64,000 nucleotides of DNA from Gammaproteobacteria bacterium (GTDB taxonomy: Bacteria; Pseudomonadota; Gammaproteobacteria; RBG-16-57-12): assembly GCA_021647245.1 (NCBI GenBank), contig JAKIVC010000001.1, positions 76,368 through 140,367 of the forward strand, given 5' to 3'. The notes under the pieces were generated by a model. That model worked only from the letters and a program-made list of their open reading frames with translations, did no database searches and was not told the origin of the DNA. A program made the position numbers and the translations under genes. Position 1 is the stretch's first letter. Every line of letters starts with the position of its first letter. Shown piece by piece: positions 38,144 through 49,786 of this stretch.

Positions 38144-39033
38144 CGGTAATAGGCGGTTAATCGATATGATTCACCGGCAGCTATTTCGATGCGGTCATCC
38201 GCTGCATTTGCCGTTTCGACACAGACAAAGTGCTGATAGGCCTCGTCATCCAGATCAGCCATATTGGCGCTCTTTTCTCTCCACGGATTCCACACCACTG
38301 AGGTTTTGTTACCGGTGGATTCAATTTGAACAGCCCGTGACCGCGCCGCATCATCTATCTCCAATACAGCGGGCACGCCGGTATAGATCCGGTCCACCTC
38401 GCCAGCGATCGTGATATCGCCCCGTTGCTGTTTGCGGCTAAAGTTATCGACCTTATCCAGGTAATCAACCCCATCCAGCGCGGTTATGGAGACGCGATTA
38501 ATATCAGCCACACTAAAATAAGTATGTAGCGCTTGGGTAATCACCAAGGGCTTATCACCCGTATTGCGCGTCACCAAGTTCAAAGCCAATGACTGGCCCA
38601 CACTGATTTCCAGGCGAAGCTCAAAAGAGTGCGGCCAAATTTCCCGCGTACCCTCCGAGTCAGAAAAGCCCAGTGTTACCTTGGTCACGCCCTCGTCAGA
38701 TCCTGACGTCTCAATAACACGCCACATTCGATTGCGCGCAAAGCCGTGTGCTGCTCGGCCTCTACTTTCAGGGTCATCACCAAACCAGGGCCAACAGATC
38801 GGCACTCCACCCTTAATTGCCTTACCCTGGGCATAGTGAGCTTTATCGCTCAAGAACAGTAGGTCATCGGTTGTACCTGCCGGCTTAAAACGCAACACTT
38901 GTCCGCCATAGATTGAAATAAGCGCACAGGCGGCGCCATTATCAATGGCAATAAAAGGCAGACCACCCTCACCCTGAATAAATTCAAGCTGGCCTGAAAT
39001 AGCAAAGTCCACATTTAACTGTTCAACATTCAT
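38131..39033 (-). CDS. D-hexose-6-phosphate mutarotase (YeaD-like aldose-1-epimerase family)
   Basis: 300 aa. GGVPICWPWFG and the overall pattern match the glucose-6-phosphate 1-epimerase family. Confidence 0.8.
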   Translation of the reverse strand: MNVEQLNVDFAISGQLEFIQGEGGLPFIAIDNGAACALISIYGGQVLRFKPAGTTDDLLFLSDKAHYAQGKAIKGGVPICWPWFGDDPESRGRAAHGFARNRMWRVIETSGSDEGVTKVTLGFSDSEGTREIWPHSFELRLEISVGQSLALNLVTRNTGDKPLVITQALHTYFSVADINRVSITALDGVDYLDKVDNFSRKQQRGDITIAGEVDRIYTGVPAVLEIDDAARSRAVQIESTGNKTSVVWNPWREKSANMADLDDEAYQHFVCVETANAADDRIEIAAGESYRLTAYYRVAE

Positions 39034-39186
39034 AACCGTTGATTTGCCTCTCTATCCAACCGGGTAACACTAAGGACAGTGCAATATACCAACTCATAAT
39101 TCGTTGTTTTTACCAAAGAACAATAAGCCTCTCGAAATTAAGCTGAGCCTCAAAGAAGCCCCTAACTAACACCAACCAGCAGATAC

Positions 39187-39214
39187 AGAAGAAGGGCTAA
39201 AAAGCCCTTCTTCT
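39187..39214 (-). terminator. Putative pnp terminator hairpin
   Basis: 11-bp stem AGAAGAAGGGC / GCCCTTCTTCT with a TTTTTA loop (minus strand), 22 nt after the pnp stop. There is no clean U-tract, so confidence is low. Confidence 0.35.
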
Positions 39215-39235
39215 GTGCAAAAACCAAAACTAAAA

Positions 39236-41323
39236 TCAGCCTTCAGTGATTGCTTTCATACTCAAGCGAATGCGACCCTGCTTGTCAATTTCAAGCACCT
39301 TCACCTTGATGACATCACCCTCTGACAACTTGTCACTCACCTTTTCAACGCGCTCAACAGAGATCTGTGAGATATGTACCAGGCCATCCTTGCCCGGAAG
39401 GATATTTACAAAAGCACCAAAATCCATCAGTTTAGATACAGTGCCTTCGTAGATTGAGCCCACTTCAACATCGGCGGTAATCTGCTCAATACGCCTGGCT
39501 GCCTCTTTTGCCGCCAAACCATCGACAGAGGCGATCTTAACCACACCATCATCGGAAATATCGATGCTGGTACCCGTCTCTTCGGTCAGCGCACGGATCG
39601 TTGCACCACCTTTGCCAATGATGTCACGGATCTTATCCGGGTTAACTTTTATTGTCAGAATACGAGGTGCAAAGTCAGAGACATCTTTGCGGGAATCATG
39701 AATAACCTTGGCCATTTCACCTAGGATATACAGACGGCCTGCCTTGGCTTGCTCTAAAGCTGCCTCCATAATCTCCTTTGTGATGCCGTCGATTTTGATG
39801 TCCATCTGCAGCGCAGTGACACCATCATTTGTACCGGCCACTTTAAAGTCCATATCACCCAGGTGGTCCTCATCGCCGAGAATATCGCTCAATACTGCAA
39901 AGCCACTCTCCTCTTTGATCAAGCCCATAGCAATACCCGCAACAGGTGCTTTTATCGGTACACCGGCATCCATCAGCGCCAAGCTCGAGCCACACACTGA
40001 GGCCATTGAGCTGGAGCCATTTGACTCAGTTATTTCTGATACCACCCGAACAACATAGGGAAACTCGTCAAGCGTCGGCATAACTGCAGCAACACCGCGC
40101 TTTGCCAGACGACCGTGGCCAATTTCACGTCGCTTCGGACTGCCCACCATCCCCGTCTCACCCACACAGTAAGGCGGAAAGTTGTAGTGCAACATAAAGG
40201 GATCTTTACGCTCACCTTCAATCGCATCAATCACCTGTGCATCACGCTCAGTACCCAACGTCACCGCCACAATAGCTTGTGTTTCACCACGCGTAAACAG
40301 CGAAGAGCCGTGGGTACGGGGCAGCAATCCAGTACTGACTGTGATTGGGCGCACTGAGCTGCTATCGCGACCATCAATACGAGGGTTGCCTTCAATAATC
40401 CGTGTACGCACAACCGACTTTTCAAGCCTGCTCAGTGCTGCCTTAACGGCTTCTGCGCTCCAAGGAGACTCATCAGATACCAATTTAGCAACCAGCTCAC
40501 AACGAACCTCATCAAGCGCTGCATAACGCGCCTGTTTGTCGCTGATTTGATACGCCTCAGTAACAGAAGCTTCTGCAGCCTCAGCAACAGCCGCCTTCAA
40601 TTCGGCATCTTCTACAGGCGCTTGCCACTCCCACTTGGTGACACCCACCTCAGCAACCAGTTCATCTATTGCCTTAATTGCCGTTTGCAATTGCTCGTGT
40701 CCGTAGACTACAGCCCCCAGCATCACCTCTTCAGAGAGCTCTTTCGCTTCTGACTCGACCATCAGCACCGCGCTTTCTGTCCCAGCCACCACAAGATCAA
40801 GATCAGAACCTGCAAGTACTGTGCGGTCAGGGTTCAGCAGGTACTCGCCATCAATATAAGCAACACGCGCAGCGCCTATCACCCCGGAGAACGGACAACC
40901 CGACAGTGCAACGGCTGCCGAGGCACCGATGATTGCGGGGATGTCAGGATCAATTTCAGGGTCAAGGGAGACGACTGTGGCAACGATTTGCACTTCGTTG
41001 ATAAATCCATTAGGAAATAGTGGCCGTAATGGGCGATCAATCAATCGACAGGTCAGTGTCTCTTTCTCAGTCGGCCTACCTTCACGCTTGAAAAAACCAC
41101 CCGGAATCTTACCCGCAGAGTATGTACGCTCTTGATAGTTAACGGTCAGTGGAAAAAAGTCACGTCCTGCGACGGCCTCTTTTTTTGCAACGCAAGTCAC
41201 CAACAAGGTGGTATCACCCATGCTGATCATTACGGCACCTGAGGCCTGGCGGGCAATTTCACCGGTTTCCAATTTGACAGTATGCTGGCCGTACTGAAAG
41301 GTTTTTACTGTTGCTGTCGTCAC
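39236..41323 (-). CDS. pnp: Polyribonucleotide nucleotidyltransferase (PNPase)
   Basis: 695 aa with two RNase PH domains, a KH domain and an S1 domain ([30 protein letters not shown]). Confidence 0.95.
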   Translation of the reverse strand: MTTATVKTFQYGQHTVKLETGEIARQASGAVMISMGDTTLLVTCVAKKEAVAGRDFFPLTVNYQERTYSAGKIPGGFFKREGRPTEKETLTCRLIDRPLRPLFPNGFINEVQIVATVVSLDPEIDPDIPAIIGASAAVALSGCPFSGVIGAARVAYIDGEYLLNPDRTVLAGSDLDLVVAGTESAVLMVESEAKELSEEVMLGAVVYGHEQLQTAIKAIDELVAEVGVTKWEWQAPVEDAELKAAVAEAAEASVTEAYQISDKQARYAALDEVRCELVAKLVSDESPWSAEAVKAALSRLEKSVVRTRIIEGNPRIDGRDSSSVRPITVSTGLLPRTHGSSLFTRGETQAIVAVTLGTERDAQVIDAIEGERKDPFMLHYNFPPYCVGETGMVGSPKRREIGHGRLAKRGVAAVMPTLDEFPYVVRVVSEITESNGSSSMASVCGSSLALMDAGVPIKAPVAGIAMGLIKEESGFAVLSDILGDEDHLGDMDFKVAGTNDGVTALQMDIKIDGITKEIMEAALEQAKAGRLYILGEMAKVIHDSRKDVSDFAPRILTIKVNPDKIRDIIGKGGATIRALTEETGTSIDISDDGVVKIASVDGLAAKEAARRIEQITADVEVGSIYEGTVSKLMDFGAFVNILPGKDGLVHISQISVERVEKVSDKLSEGDVIKVKVLEIDKQGRIRLSMKAITEG

Positions 41324-41362
41324 GTCAGGCTCCTTGAGATAAGGCCATAGATTATTGTGGGT

Positions 41363-41632
41363 TTACTTACGCAGACCTAAACGAGAAATCAAATCGCGGT
41401 AGCGACCCAAATCTTTGTTTTTCAGGTAGCTTAATAATTTGCGACGCTGGTTAACACAACGCAGCAGGCCCTGGCGTGAATGGTGATCGTGCTTGTGCTC
41501 TTTAAAGTGACCCGAGAGGTCTTCGATTCGTGCGGTCAGTAGTGCCACCTGAACTTCGGGTGATCCGGTATCACTTTCGCCACGCTTGTAATCGTTGACA
41601 ATAGCTTGTTTATCTTGAGCAGTTAATGCCAT
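41363..41632 (-). CDS. rpsO: 30S ribosomal protein S15
   Basis: 89 aa. [49 protein letters not shown] is near-identical in pattern to E. coli S15. Confidence 0.95.
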   Translation of the reverse strand: MALTAQDKQAIVNDYKRGESDTGSPEVQVALLTARIEDLSGHFKEHKHDHHSRQGLLRCVNQRRKLLSYLKNKDLGRYRDLISRLGLRK

Positions 41633-41699
41633 TGGTAAAACTCCTAATAATCTCCCGTTGGTACGGGATAATAATTTAAATTAATTAAGCAGGTGATGA

Positions 41700-42617
41700 T
41701 TATTCAGCACTGCTGACAAGCCGTTTCGGGGCGATGCGTCCATCACTCTGAACTTCACCCAACCCCAGAAAGGCTTTTTTGTGCGAATAGAGCCGTAATA
41801 AACCACAGTCGGGCCTATTCGCTACAAACACCTGTTGGCCGCGACAGATGTAAAATGAGGCATCGGCATCAAGCTCAACCTGCGGAAAGTCTTTCAGCGC
41901 AGTCTCCATCGGTAACAATTTCTCATCCAGCTGTTCCAGTCCCTGCTCAGCCAGCTGCTCAACCAGCGCAAGAGAGACCATTGGATGATCTTCGTATCCT
42001 GCCACCCATTCGCGATGAAGGGCAGTTAAATGGGCACCACAACCGAGGAACTCACCGATATCCTCAGCAAGGGTTCGTATATACGTTCCCTTGGAACTAC
42101 ATACCCGAATATCCAACTCATCACCTTGGTGACGCAGGATTTCCAGACGATGTATTGTTATAGGACGTGCTTTACGCTCGACCTCTTCGCCCCGCCTCGC
42201 CAGTTTGTACAGCGGCTGCCCCTTATGTTTGAGAGCCGAATACATGGGAGGTATCTGTTCAATTTCACCACTAAAACGCTCAATTACCCGCGCCATTAAC
42301 CCACTACTATACACGCCTACCGGACGTTGTTGAACTACTTCTCCCTCAGCATCACCCGTTGTGGTGGTGATACCCAGTTTGCAGGTCGCAATATAGCATT
42401 TGTCAGAGTTTAGAAGATAACTTGAAAACTTGGTTGCCTCGCCAAAACAGATCGGCAGCATGCCACTTGCGAGTGGATCAAGCGCACCCGTATGCCCCGC
42501 TTTATTGGCATTATAAAGGCGCTTTACACGCTGCAATATACCGTTGGAGCTATAACCCAGTGGTTTATTCAAAAGAAGAACACCACTGACATCACGACCT
42601 CTCTTACGTCGAGCCAC
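41700..42617 (-). CDS. truB: tRNA pseudouridine(55) synthase TruB
   Basis: 305 aa. GVLLLNKPLGYSSN...HTGALDPLASGMLPICFGEATK has the catalytic Asp motif, and a C-terminal PUA domain is present. Confidence 0.92.
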   Translation of the reverse strand: MARRKRGRDVSGVLLLNKPLGYSSNGILQRVKRLYNANKAGHTGALDPLASGMLPICFGEATKFSSYLLNSDKCYIATCKLGITTTTGDAEGEVVQQRPVGVYSSGLMARVIERFSGEIEQIPPMYSALKHKGQPLYKLARRGEEVERKARPITIHRLEILRHQGDELDIRVCSSKGTYIRTLAEDIGEFLGCGAHLTALHREWVAGYEDHPMVSLALVEQLAEQGLEQLDEKLLPMETALKDFPQVELDADASFYICRGQQVFVANRPDCGLLRLYSHKKAFLGLGEVQSDGRIAPKRLVSSAE

Positions 42618-42625
42618 CCCGCAAC

Positions 42626-43042
42626 CTACAACTTGTTATTGCTGGGTGAGTCAACCTCATCAGCCGCATCATCGACAAGGCGTTTATCACTTTTAACCGC
42701 CTGCTCTATCAAATTGGAGAGATGAGCACCGTGTTCTATGGAGCTGTCATAGCGAAAGTGCAGTTGTGGTACCGTTCGTAAACGAATAGCACGTCCCAAC
42801 TCTCTTCGCAGAAAGCCCGCCGCCTTGGTCAAGCCGGTCAAGGTCTCTTTGATAGTGGCTTGATCTGCATCCATAACCGTGAAAAATATCTTGGCATGAT
42901 CAAACTCACGAGTAACATCGACACCGGTAATCGTCACCATACCCACTCGCGGGTCTTTTACCTGACGAGCAATCAACTGAGCCAGCTCACGCTGAATCTG
43001 ATCTGCCACACGATCCGTTCTTTTGTAGTTACGCGTTGCCAT
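42626..43042 (-). CDS. rbfA: Ribosome-binding factor A
   Basis: 138-aa KH-like RbfA ([14 protein letters not shown]...[18 protein letters not shown]). Confidence 0.9.
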   Translation of the reverse strand: MATRNYKRTDRVADQIQRELAQLIARQVKDPRVGMVTITGVDVTREFDHAKIFFTVMDADQATIKETLTGLTKAAGFLRRELGRAIRLRTVPQLHFRYDSSIEHGAHLSNLIEQAVKSDKRLVDDAADEVDSPSNNKL

Positions 43043-45621
43043 TAAAGTGTACGTTTAACCTCTATACGGTCATAGACTTCAATCTGATCACCCACTTGAA
43101 CATCATTATAGTTCTTCACGCCGATGCCGCACTCGGTGCCACTCTTGACTTCGTTGACATCGTCTTTGAAACGACGCAGTGATTCAAGCTCACCCTCATA
43201 GACGACGACATTATCACGCAATACACGAATAGGACTGTTTCGCTTAACGGCACCCTCCATGACCATACAACCCGCAATCAGGCCGATCTTGGGCGCACTG
43301 AAGACATCTCGAACTTCTGCCATACCCACCACCACATCTTTAAACTCGGGTGCCAGCATACCGGTCATGGCATGACGTACTTCATCGATAGCATCATAGA
43401 TCACGCTATAGTAGCGCAGCTCAATCTCTTCATTTTCTGCCAAACGTTTGGCAGATATTTCGGCACGAACATTAAAGCCGATCACCACCGCACTGGATGC
43501 CATCGCCAGATTCATATCAGATTCGGTAATACCGCCAACACCACTGGCCACGATATTAACTCTGACTTCATCCGTTGAGAGCTTGCGCAGCGCATCGGAG
43601 AGCGCCTCAGATGAGCCTTGAACATCTGCTTTGATGACCAGATTCATGGTGCTGACTTCACCTTCAGCCATGGTGTTGAACATGTTCTCCAGCTTCGCCT
43701 TCTGTTGGCGAGCCAGTTTTATTTCGCGGAACTTGCCCTGACGGAACATCGCCACTTCTCGCGCCTTACGCTCATTAGCCACGACGATGGCTTCATCGCC
43801 CGCCGAAGGAACGCCGGATAAACCCAGTATCTCAACCGGTATTGATGGCCCCGCATTAGTGATTGGCTTACCATTCTCATCAAGCATACTGCGCACCCGA
43901 CCATACTCCAGGCCAGCCAGTACAATATCCCCTTTTTTCAGCGTACCGTTTTGAACCAAGATGGTGGCAACAGGCCCCCGACCTTTATCGAGACGGGATT
44001 CGATAACCACACCTCTGGCGGGCGCATCAGTAACCGCTGTGAGCTCAAGAATCTCGGTCTGCAATAGAATGCTATCGAGCAGCTCATCAATACCTTGTCC
44101 GGTTTTGGCAGAGACCTGAATAAACATATGCTCACCACCCCAATCTTCTGGGATAACCTCTTCCGCTACCAGCTCCTGCATGACACGCTTAGGATCTGCC
44201 TCATCCTTATCACATTTATTAACTGCGATAATAAGCGGCACTCCAGCCGCTTTCGCATGCTGAATCGCCTCTTTTGTTTGCGGCATCACACCATCATCTG
44301 CGGCAACCACAAGCACAACAATATCGGTTGCTTTAGCACCCCGAGCACGCATTGCAGTAAACGCCGCATGCCCTGGAGTATCGAGGAATGAGATAGTCCC
44401 TTTCGGTGTATCCACATGGTATGCACCGATGTGCTGGGTGATGCCACCCGCTTCACCCGCCGCAACTTTAGTGGTTCGAATATAATCAAGCAGTGATGTT
44501 TTACCGTGATCAACATGCCCCATAATGGTAACAACCGGTGGCCGTGAAACCCGCTCACCACTATCTTCAGCAACCAGGCCTACAATTTCGTCTTCAATCG
44601 CATCCTCATTGATCAGTTTGACCTTGTGCCCCATCTCTTCAATAACGATAGAGGCCGTCTCTTGATCAAGCACCTGATTTATAGTCACCATGGTGCCCAT
44701 ATTCATCATCGCCTTGATAACGTCAGCGGCCTTAACAGCCATACGTTGGGCTAACTCGGCAACCGTAATCGTCTCCGATACAGCCACTTCACGCACGATA
44801 GGTGCAGTAGGCGCTGTAAAGCCATGCTCTTGGTTATCATCAACAACCACACGGGAGCGCTTACCTTTCTTGCCACCCCGTCGACCCGACTTGCCTTTTG
44901 CAACATGCAACTCTTTGCGGCCATATTTAGTTTCACGATCGCCGCCCTTACCCCTGCGCTTGTTATTGCGTGGGTTAGTGTCATCTGCTTTTTTCTCTGA
45001 TGCTGGTGCTGCCGTGGTCTTAGCTGCGTTACGCGCCTCTATCAATAGGCGCGCCTCTTCCTCAGCCTTTTTACGGGTTGACTCCTCAGCGGCAAGTCGG
45101 CGCACCTCTTCAAGGACGTGACCTTTCAGCTTATCTTTTTTACTGGCCTCTGCCGCCGCAGTAATACGCGCCTGTTCAATGACACGCTCACGCATCTCTT
45201 GCTTGAGTGTCTCTTCAGATTTTTCTGGCTCGGGTGGCTTTGCAGCAACCTCTACGACCGGCTCAACAGAATTATCTTCCGGGCTAGGTGCTTCATCTGC
45301 TGCCGTACTGCGTTTAACGTAGGTACGTTTTTTACGCACCTCAACACTGACCGTTTTTGAACGGCCACCTTGAGAGGCTGACTGACGAAGTTCACTGGTC
45401 GACTTTCGATTGAGTGTGATTTTTCTGGTCGATGAATCCGCCTCTTTTTTCACGCCTTCATCATCTTTGCGCAAAAAATCCAGCAAAAGCACCTTCTCAT
45501 CATCACTAATCAATGCATCCGCTGTCGCAGCCGACAATCCAGCCGCTGACAACTGAGAAAGTAATCGTTCAACCGGAACAGCGACTGCCTCGGCAAATTG
45601 TTTGACTGTTACGCTAGACAT
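43042..45621 (-). CDS. infB: Translation initiation factor IF-2
   Basis: 859 aa. G domain [17 protein letters not shown] and NKCD motifs, and C-terminal beta-barrel domains. Confidence 0.95.
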   Translation of the reverse strand: MSSVTVKQFAEAVAVPVERLLSQLSAAGLSAATADALISDDEKVLLLDFLRKDDEGVKKEADSSTRKITLNRKSTSELRQSASQGGRSKTVSVEVRKKRTYVKRSTAADEAPSPEDNSVEPVVEVAAKPPEPEKSEETLKQEMRERVIEQARITAAAEASKKDKLKGHVLEEVRRLAAEESTRKKAEEEARLLIEARNAAKTTAAPASEKKADDTNPRNNKRRGKGGDRETKYGRKELHVAKGKSGRRGGKKGKRSRVVVDDNQEHGFTAPTAPIVREVAVSETITVAELAQRMAVKAADVIKAMMNMGTMVTINQVLDQETASIVIEEMGHKVKLINEDAIEDEIVGLVAEDSGERVSRPPVVTIMGHVDHGKTSLLDYIRTTKVAAGEAGGITQHIGAYHVDTPKGTISFLDTPGHAAFTAMRARGAKATDIVVLVVAADDGVMPQTKEAIQHAKAAGVPLIIAVNKCDKDEADPKRVMQELVAEEVIPEDWGGEHMFIQVSAKTGQGIDELLDSILLQTEILELTAVTDAPARGVVIESRLDKGRGPVATILVQNGTLKKGDIVLAGLEYGRVRSMLDENGKPITNAGPSIPVEILGLSGVPSAGDEAIVVANERKAREVAMFRQGKFREIKLARQQKAKLENMFNTMAEGEVSTMNLVIKADVQGSSEALSDALRKLSTDEVRVNIVASGVGGITESDMNLAMASSAVVIGFNVRAEISAKRLAENEEIELRYYSVIYDAIDEVRHAMTGMLAPEFKDVVVGMAEVRDVFSAPKIGLIAGCMVMEGAVKRNSPIRVLRDNVVVYEGELESLRRFKDDVNEVKSGTECGIGVKNYNDVQVGDQIEVYDRIEVKRTL

Positions 45622-45642
45622 AACACCTACCCCTTGAGCTAC

Positions 45643-47139
45643 TTATTTATTGCTCTCTTCTGCAAACCATGGTGCGCGAGCGGCCATAATCAAGGCACCC
45701 GCTCGTGCTTCATCAACACCGTCTACATCATCAAAATCATCTATGGAGAGTTCCGCTAAATCTTCCCAGCTGTTGATACCGCGAGCGGTTAACAGCTGGT
45801 AGAGCGTTTCATCCATACCATCCAAATCAATCAACTCCACTACGCCTGGCTTATCATCCACATGCTCCTCTTTTGAAATCTCCTGGGTCAACAGGACATC
45901 TCGAGCACGATTACGCAGTTCCTCAACAATGCCTTCATCAAACTCTTCAATTTCCAGCAGTTCAGCATGAGGCACATAGGCAATCTCTTCAATACTGCTA
46001 AAACCTTCCTGATACAAAATTGCGGCTACATCTTCATCCGCATCAAGCTTGTCGACAAACAGCGCCTGCGCGGCCTTCGCCTCCATTTCACTCTGCTCAG
46101 CCGCCTGTGATTCACCCATCACATTCAGCGTCCATCCTGTCAGCTCTGTAGCCAGCCTGATATTTTGCCCATTACGGCCAATCGCTTGCGAAAGCTGCTC
46201 ATCAATCACCGCTATATCCATGCTGTGTGCATCTTCGTCAACAACGATTGAACTCACTTCGGCCGGCGACATTGCGTTAATAACAAACTGTGCGGGATTT
46301 TCATCCCACAGAATGATATCAACCCGCTCACCCGCCAACTCGTTGGAGACCGACTGCACACGAGAGCCTCGCATACCCACACAAGCCCCCACCGGGTCAA
46401 TTCGATCATCGTTACTGCGAACCGCTATTTTAGCGCGCACACCGGGGTCTCTGGCGGCACTGATAATGCTAATCACATCATCGCCAACCTCCGGAACTTC
46501 AAGCTTGAACAACTCGATCAAAAGATCGGGATGAGAGCGGCTCACATGCAGCAGCGGGCCACGACTCTCAGCACGCACGTCAAAGAGCAAACCTCTGATT
46601 CGATCGCCCGGACGCACCGCTTCACGAGGGATCATATTTTCCCGAGTAATGCTCGCCTCAGCATGGTTGCCCATGTCCAGTATGACACCACCTTTATCAA
46701 GGCGCTTGACCACACCGGTAATCAACTCACCCTTTCGGTGCTCATACAGCTCTACAATTTGCGCACGCTCAGCTTCTCGAACCTTCTGCACAATCACCTG
46801 CTTAGCTGTTTGTGCTGCGATACGACCGAACTCAACAGAATCCATGGGCTCTTTAATAACATCGCCAACCTGGGCATTTTCGTCATAATCGACGGCATCA
46901 ACCATCGTCAGTTCGCTCTCAGGATCTTCCAGGTCAGGGTAATCCACTACGTTCCACACGCGGAAGGTCTCGTATTCACCGCTCTTACGGTCAATCACCA
47001 CCTCAACACTCATATTTTCGTTATGAAGCCTTTTGGTCGCCATTGCCAGCGCGGCCTCAATTGCTTCAAATATGATTTCGCTCTCAACGCCCTTCTCATT
47101 GGAAACAGCATCAACAACCATCAAAACTTCTTTACTCAT
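45643..47139 (-). CDS. nusA: Transcription termination/antitermination factor NusA
   Basis: 498 aa with an N-terminal domain, S1 and KH1/KH2 domains, and two C-terminal acidic repeat domains. Confidence 0.95.
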   Translation of the reverse strand: MSKEVLMVVDAVSNEKGVESEIIFEAIEAALAMATKRLHNENMSVEVVIDRKSGEYETFRVWNVVDYPDLEDPESELTMVDAVDYDENAQVGDVIKEPMDSVEFGRIAAQTAKQVIVQKVREAERAQIVELYEHRKGELITGVVKRLDKGGVILDMGNHAEASITRENMIPREAVRPGDRIRGLLFDVRAESRGPLLHVSRSHPDLLIELFKLEVPEVGDDVISIISAARDPGVRAKIAVRSNDDRIDPVGACVGMRGSRVQSVSNELAGERVDIILWDENPAQFVINAMSPAEVSSIVVDEDAHSMDIAVIDEQLSQAIGRNGQNIRLATELTGWTLNVMGESQAAEQSEMEAKAAQALFVDKLDADEDVAAILYQEGFSSIEEIAYVPHAELLEIEEFDEGIVEELRNRARDVLLTQEISKEEHVDDKPGVVELIDLDGMDETLYQLLTARGINSWEDLAELSIDDFDDVDGVDEARAGALIMAARAPWFAEESNK

Positions 47140-47164
47140 ATCACTGCCTCCAACGGCCTCAATA

Positions 47165-47620
47165 TCAGAATTCGGGGACCAAATTCGCTTTATCTATAGA
47201 AGCAAAGGGCAGTAGATATTCAGTATCATCTACAACAATTGCCACTCCACCCTCTTTCAAACCAAGCAAAACACCTTGAAACTTACGACGTCCATTCAGC
47301 GGCGCAGTCAGCTGTATTTTCACTTGATGACCCGTAAAACGTTCATAGTGCTCTTCGTTAAACAGAGGCCTATCCAAACCAGGAGAGGAGACCTCCAGAT
47401 GATAAACACCTCTAATAGGGTCTTCAACATCCAGCACGCCACTCACCTGATGACTTATCTCAGCACAATCATCAACAACGATACCTTTCTCACTGTCGAT
47501 GTAGAGCCGCAGTACCGAGTGTTTTCCCTGAGAAATATACTCAATGCCCACCAGCTCATAGCCAAGTGCTTCAACTACCGGGGTAATTATTTCGTATAAC
47601 TTGTCAGATGCTTTACGCAC
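47165..47620 (-). CDS. rimP: Ribosome maturation factor RimP
   Basis: LYEIITPVVEALGYELVGIEYI aligns with E. coli RimP [22 protein letters not shown]. The track ORF starts at a TTG at 47641 that abuts a terminator hairpin. A GTG at 47618-47620 preceded by GAGGGTGG (RBS) gives a ~151-aa product matching RimP length and is preferred. Confidence 0.8.
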   Translation of the reverse strand: MRKASDKLYEIITPVVEALGYELVGIEYISQGKHSVLRLYIDSEKGIVVDDCAEISHQVSGVLDVEDPIRGVYHLEVSSPGLDRPLFNEEHYERFTGHQVKIQLTAPLNGRRKFQGVLLGLKEGGVAIVVDDTEYLLPFASIDKANLVPEF

Positions 47621-47633
47621 AACAGCCACCCTC

Positions 47634-47660
47634 AAAAACAAAAAATGGGCCTATGGCCCA
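47634..47660 (-). terminator. Rho-independent terminator/attenuator immediately upstream of rimP-nusA-infB
   Basis: Minus strand: GGGCCATAGGCCCA hairpin followed by TTTTTGTTTTT. Confidence 0.45.
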
Positions 47661-47701
47661 CCTATTACAACTCGATACAGCCAGCAGGCTTCCCTGTAGC
47701 T

Positions 47702-47724
47702 AACAAAAAGCCCCATAACGGGGC
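47702..47724 (-). terminator. Rho-independent terminator downstream of dcd, the second of a tandem pair
   Basis: Minus strand: GCCCCGTTATGGGGC hairpin followed by TTTTTGTT. Confidence 0.45.
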
Positions 47725-47937
47725 CTCTGAGTCTTAAATTAGTCGCAAAAGCGATACCACAACGACATCATCACTGAGCATACTTCCATCACCCCGTTAG
47801 AGCACTCCAAGTGCGTTACTATCTTTCCCAGAGGGAGCCCGCACTTCAATGGTGGCGCAGTATAGCAGCAGTTCCACACACACCACAACAGAAGAGTATG
47901 AAAATGACCAATAAACCACGCTACTCAACCGGCGTTG

Positions 47938-48507
47938 TTACGCTTTTGGCAGTGTAACGCCCCGCTGCCCCTGATATTTACCACTACGATCTTTGTATGA
48001 AATATCACAAACCTCGTCAGATTCAAAAAACAGCATCTGTGCGACACCCTCATTTGCATAGATTTTTGCCGGTAGTGGTGTTGTATTGGAAAATTCAAGC
48101 GTCACATGCCCTTCCCACTCAGGCTCTAACGGTGTGACGTTAACAATAATGCCACAGCGCGCATACGTCGATTTCCCCAGACAAACCGTCAATATACTGC
48201 GGGGAATGCGAAAGTACTCCACTGTTCGCGCTAACGCAAACGAGTTGGGCGGGATAATGCACACATCTGATTTTACATCTACAAAGCTGTTTTCATCAAA
48301 ATTTTTCGGATCAACAATCGCAGAGTTAATGTTGGTGAAAATTTTAAACTCATCGGAACAGCGCACATCGTAGCCATAGCTGGAAGTGCCGTAAGAGATG
48401 ATACGCTCGCCATTCGCTTTTCGCACCTGGCCCGGTTCAAACGGCTCAATTATAGCGTCACTTTGCGCCATGCGACGAATCCACTTGTCTGATTTAATGC
48501 TCATCAA
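47938..48507 (-). CDS. dcd: dCTP deaminase
   Basis: 189 aa. dUTPase-like trimeric fold motifs (GxIDPG-type ...VDPKNFD..., [34 protein letters not shown]). Confidence 0.88.
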   Translation of the reverse strand: MMSIKSDKWIRRMAQSDAIIEPFEPGQVRKANGERIISYGTSSYGYDVRCSDEFKIFTNINSAIVDPKNFDENSFVDVKSDVCIIPPNSFALARTVEYFRIPRSILTVCLGKSTYARCGIIVNVTPLEPEWEGHVTLEFSNTTPLPAKIYANEGVAQMLFFESDEVCDISYKDRSGKYQGQRGVTLPKA

Positions 48508-48520
48508 TTAGATCCTTAAC

Positions 48521-49630
48521 TTAATTATTTTGTATCACAATCTTGGGAAACTTAGATGAGTAATCCTTACCCATTAGGGAGATCAGCGCTGAAATACGGC
48601 GTGCCATTTCACGATAGCGCTGACTTAATTCACCATCGGGATCAACCGCCACTGTTGGCATCCCTTTGTCCAGATTTTCGCGAATACGGATATCCAGTGG
48701 CATGGAGCCCAGCACTTCAATGCCATGCTGCTCAGCCATACGTGCGGCGCCACCCTCACCAAAAATAGGCTCTTCATGGCCGCAGTTGCTACAGAGGTGA
48801 GTGCTCATATTCTCAATAACACCCATGATAGGCACCGATACCTTTTCAAACATGCTGATCGCCTTGCGCGCATCCAGCAACGCAATGTCCTGAGGTGTCG
48901 TGACAATCACAGAGCCGGTGACCGGCACTTTCTGCGCCAGGGTCAATTGAACATCACCCGTACCAGGGGGTAAGTCGACAATCAAATAGTCAAGATCCTG
49001 CCACGCCGTATCGTTCAACAACTGTTGTAGTGCCGAAACAACCATCGGCCCACGCCAAACCATTGGCGTCTCTTCATCAATCAAATAGCCAATCGACATC
49101 GACTCAATGCCATGACTCACCAGGGGTTGCATTTTCTCCCCCTCAGTATATTGCGGACGCTGGTGGCACCCCAGCATGGTGGGCTGGCTTGGCCCATAAA
49201 TATCCGCATCCAAAATGCCGACTTTGGCGCCTTCCAGCTTGAGCGCCAGAGCCAGGTTAACCGCCGTGGTTGATTTCCCCACCCCCCCTTTACCGGAGGC
49301 TATTGCAATAATATTTTTCACCCCCGGTAATGGCGTCACGCCACGCTGCACTGAGTGACTGGTGATTTTGGTTGTTATACACACCGAAACATCACCCAGC
49401 TTGTGCAAGGCGGTCTTTACACCATCAACCAAAACGGCATGGTGACCACCACAAGGGAAGCCCAGCTCAATATTTAAACTGACCTTATTCCCATCGATCT
49501 CCACACTCTTCAGAGCGCCCGCAGAGAGCAGGTCTCTCTTCAAATAGGGATCAATATACGCCGCTAAAGCCTGCTCGACTTGTGCCTGTTGAATGCTAGC
49601 CATAAAACCTCCAGGGCGAGACATTTGCAC
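48521..49630 (-). CDS. apbC: Iron-sulfur cluster carrier ATPase ApbC/Mrp
   Basis: 369 aa. Deviant Walker A IAIASGKGGVGKSTTAVNLALAL, a CxxC motif (CSNCGHEE) and an N-terminal DUF59-like domain. Divergent from metG, as in E. coli (mrp-metG). Confidence 0.9.
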   Translation of the reverse strand: MQMSRPGGFMASIQQAQVEQALAAYIDPYLKRDLLSAGALKSVEIDGNKVSLNIELGFPCGGHHAVLVDGVKTALHKLGDVSVCITTKITSHSVQRGVTPLPGVKNIIAIASGKGGVGKSTTAVNLALALKLEGAKVGILDADIYGPSQPTMLGCHQRPQYTEGEKMQPLVSHGIESMSIGYLIDEETPMVWRGPMVVSALQQLLNDTAWQDLDYLIVDLPPGTGDVQLTLAQKVPVTGSVIVTTPQDIALLDARKAISMFEKVSVPIMGVIENMSTHLCSNCGHEEPIFGEGGAARMAEQHGIEVLGSMPLDIRIRENLDKGMPTVAVDPDGELSQRYREMARRISALISLMGKDYSSKFPKIVIQNN

Positions 49631-49786
49631 AATTTATAGTTTCCGCGCAAAAGTCCCACCTATTTATTAATCGTAATATTACCCGAAAGCGGTGCAAAAT
49701 TTGTAGATTTATTGCAAAATTGCATGCTTTACGCGGGCAGCCACACAAAGGCGAACGCTTAACACCACAGAAGAACAGCCTAAATC

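Noticed and set aside
39034-39235. Possible third copy of the TTGGTTTCACAGTGAAA repeat in other intergenic gaps (e.g. pnp-yeaD, metG-rnfA, apbC-metG)
   Set aside because: I read these gaps and none contains the box. Only the two copies at 38.06 kb and 57.57 kb are present in this window.
47640-47937. Expected a metY-like tRNA upstream of rimP by synteny with E. coli
   Set aside because: I scanned both strands by eye for T-loop (GTTCRANYC) and acceptor-stem complementarity. No cloverleaf was found, only two terminator hairpins.
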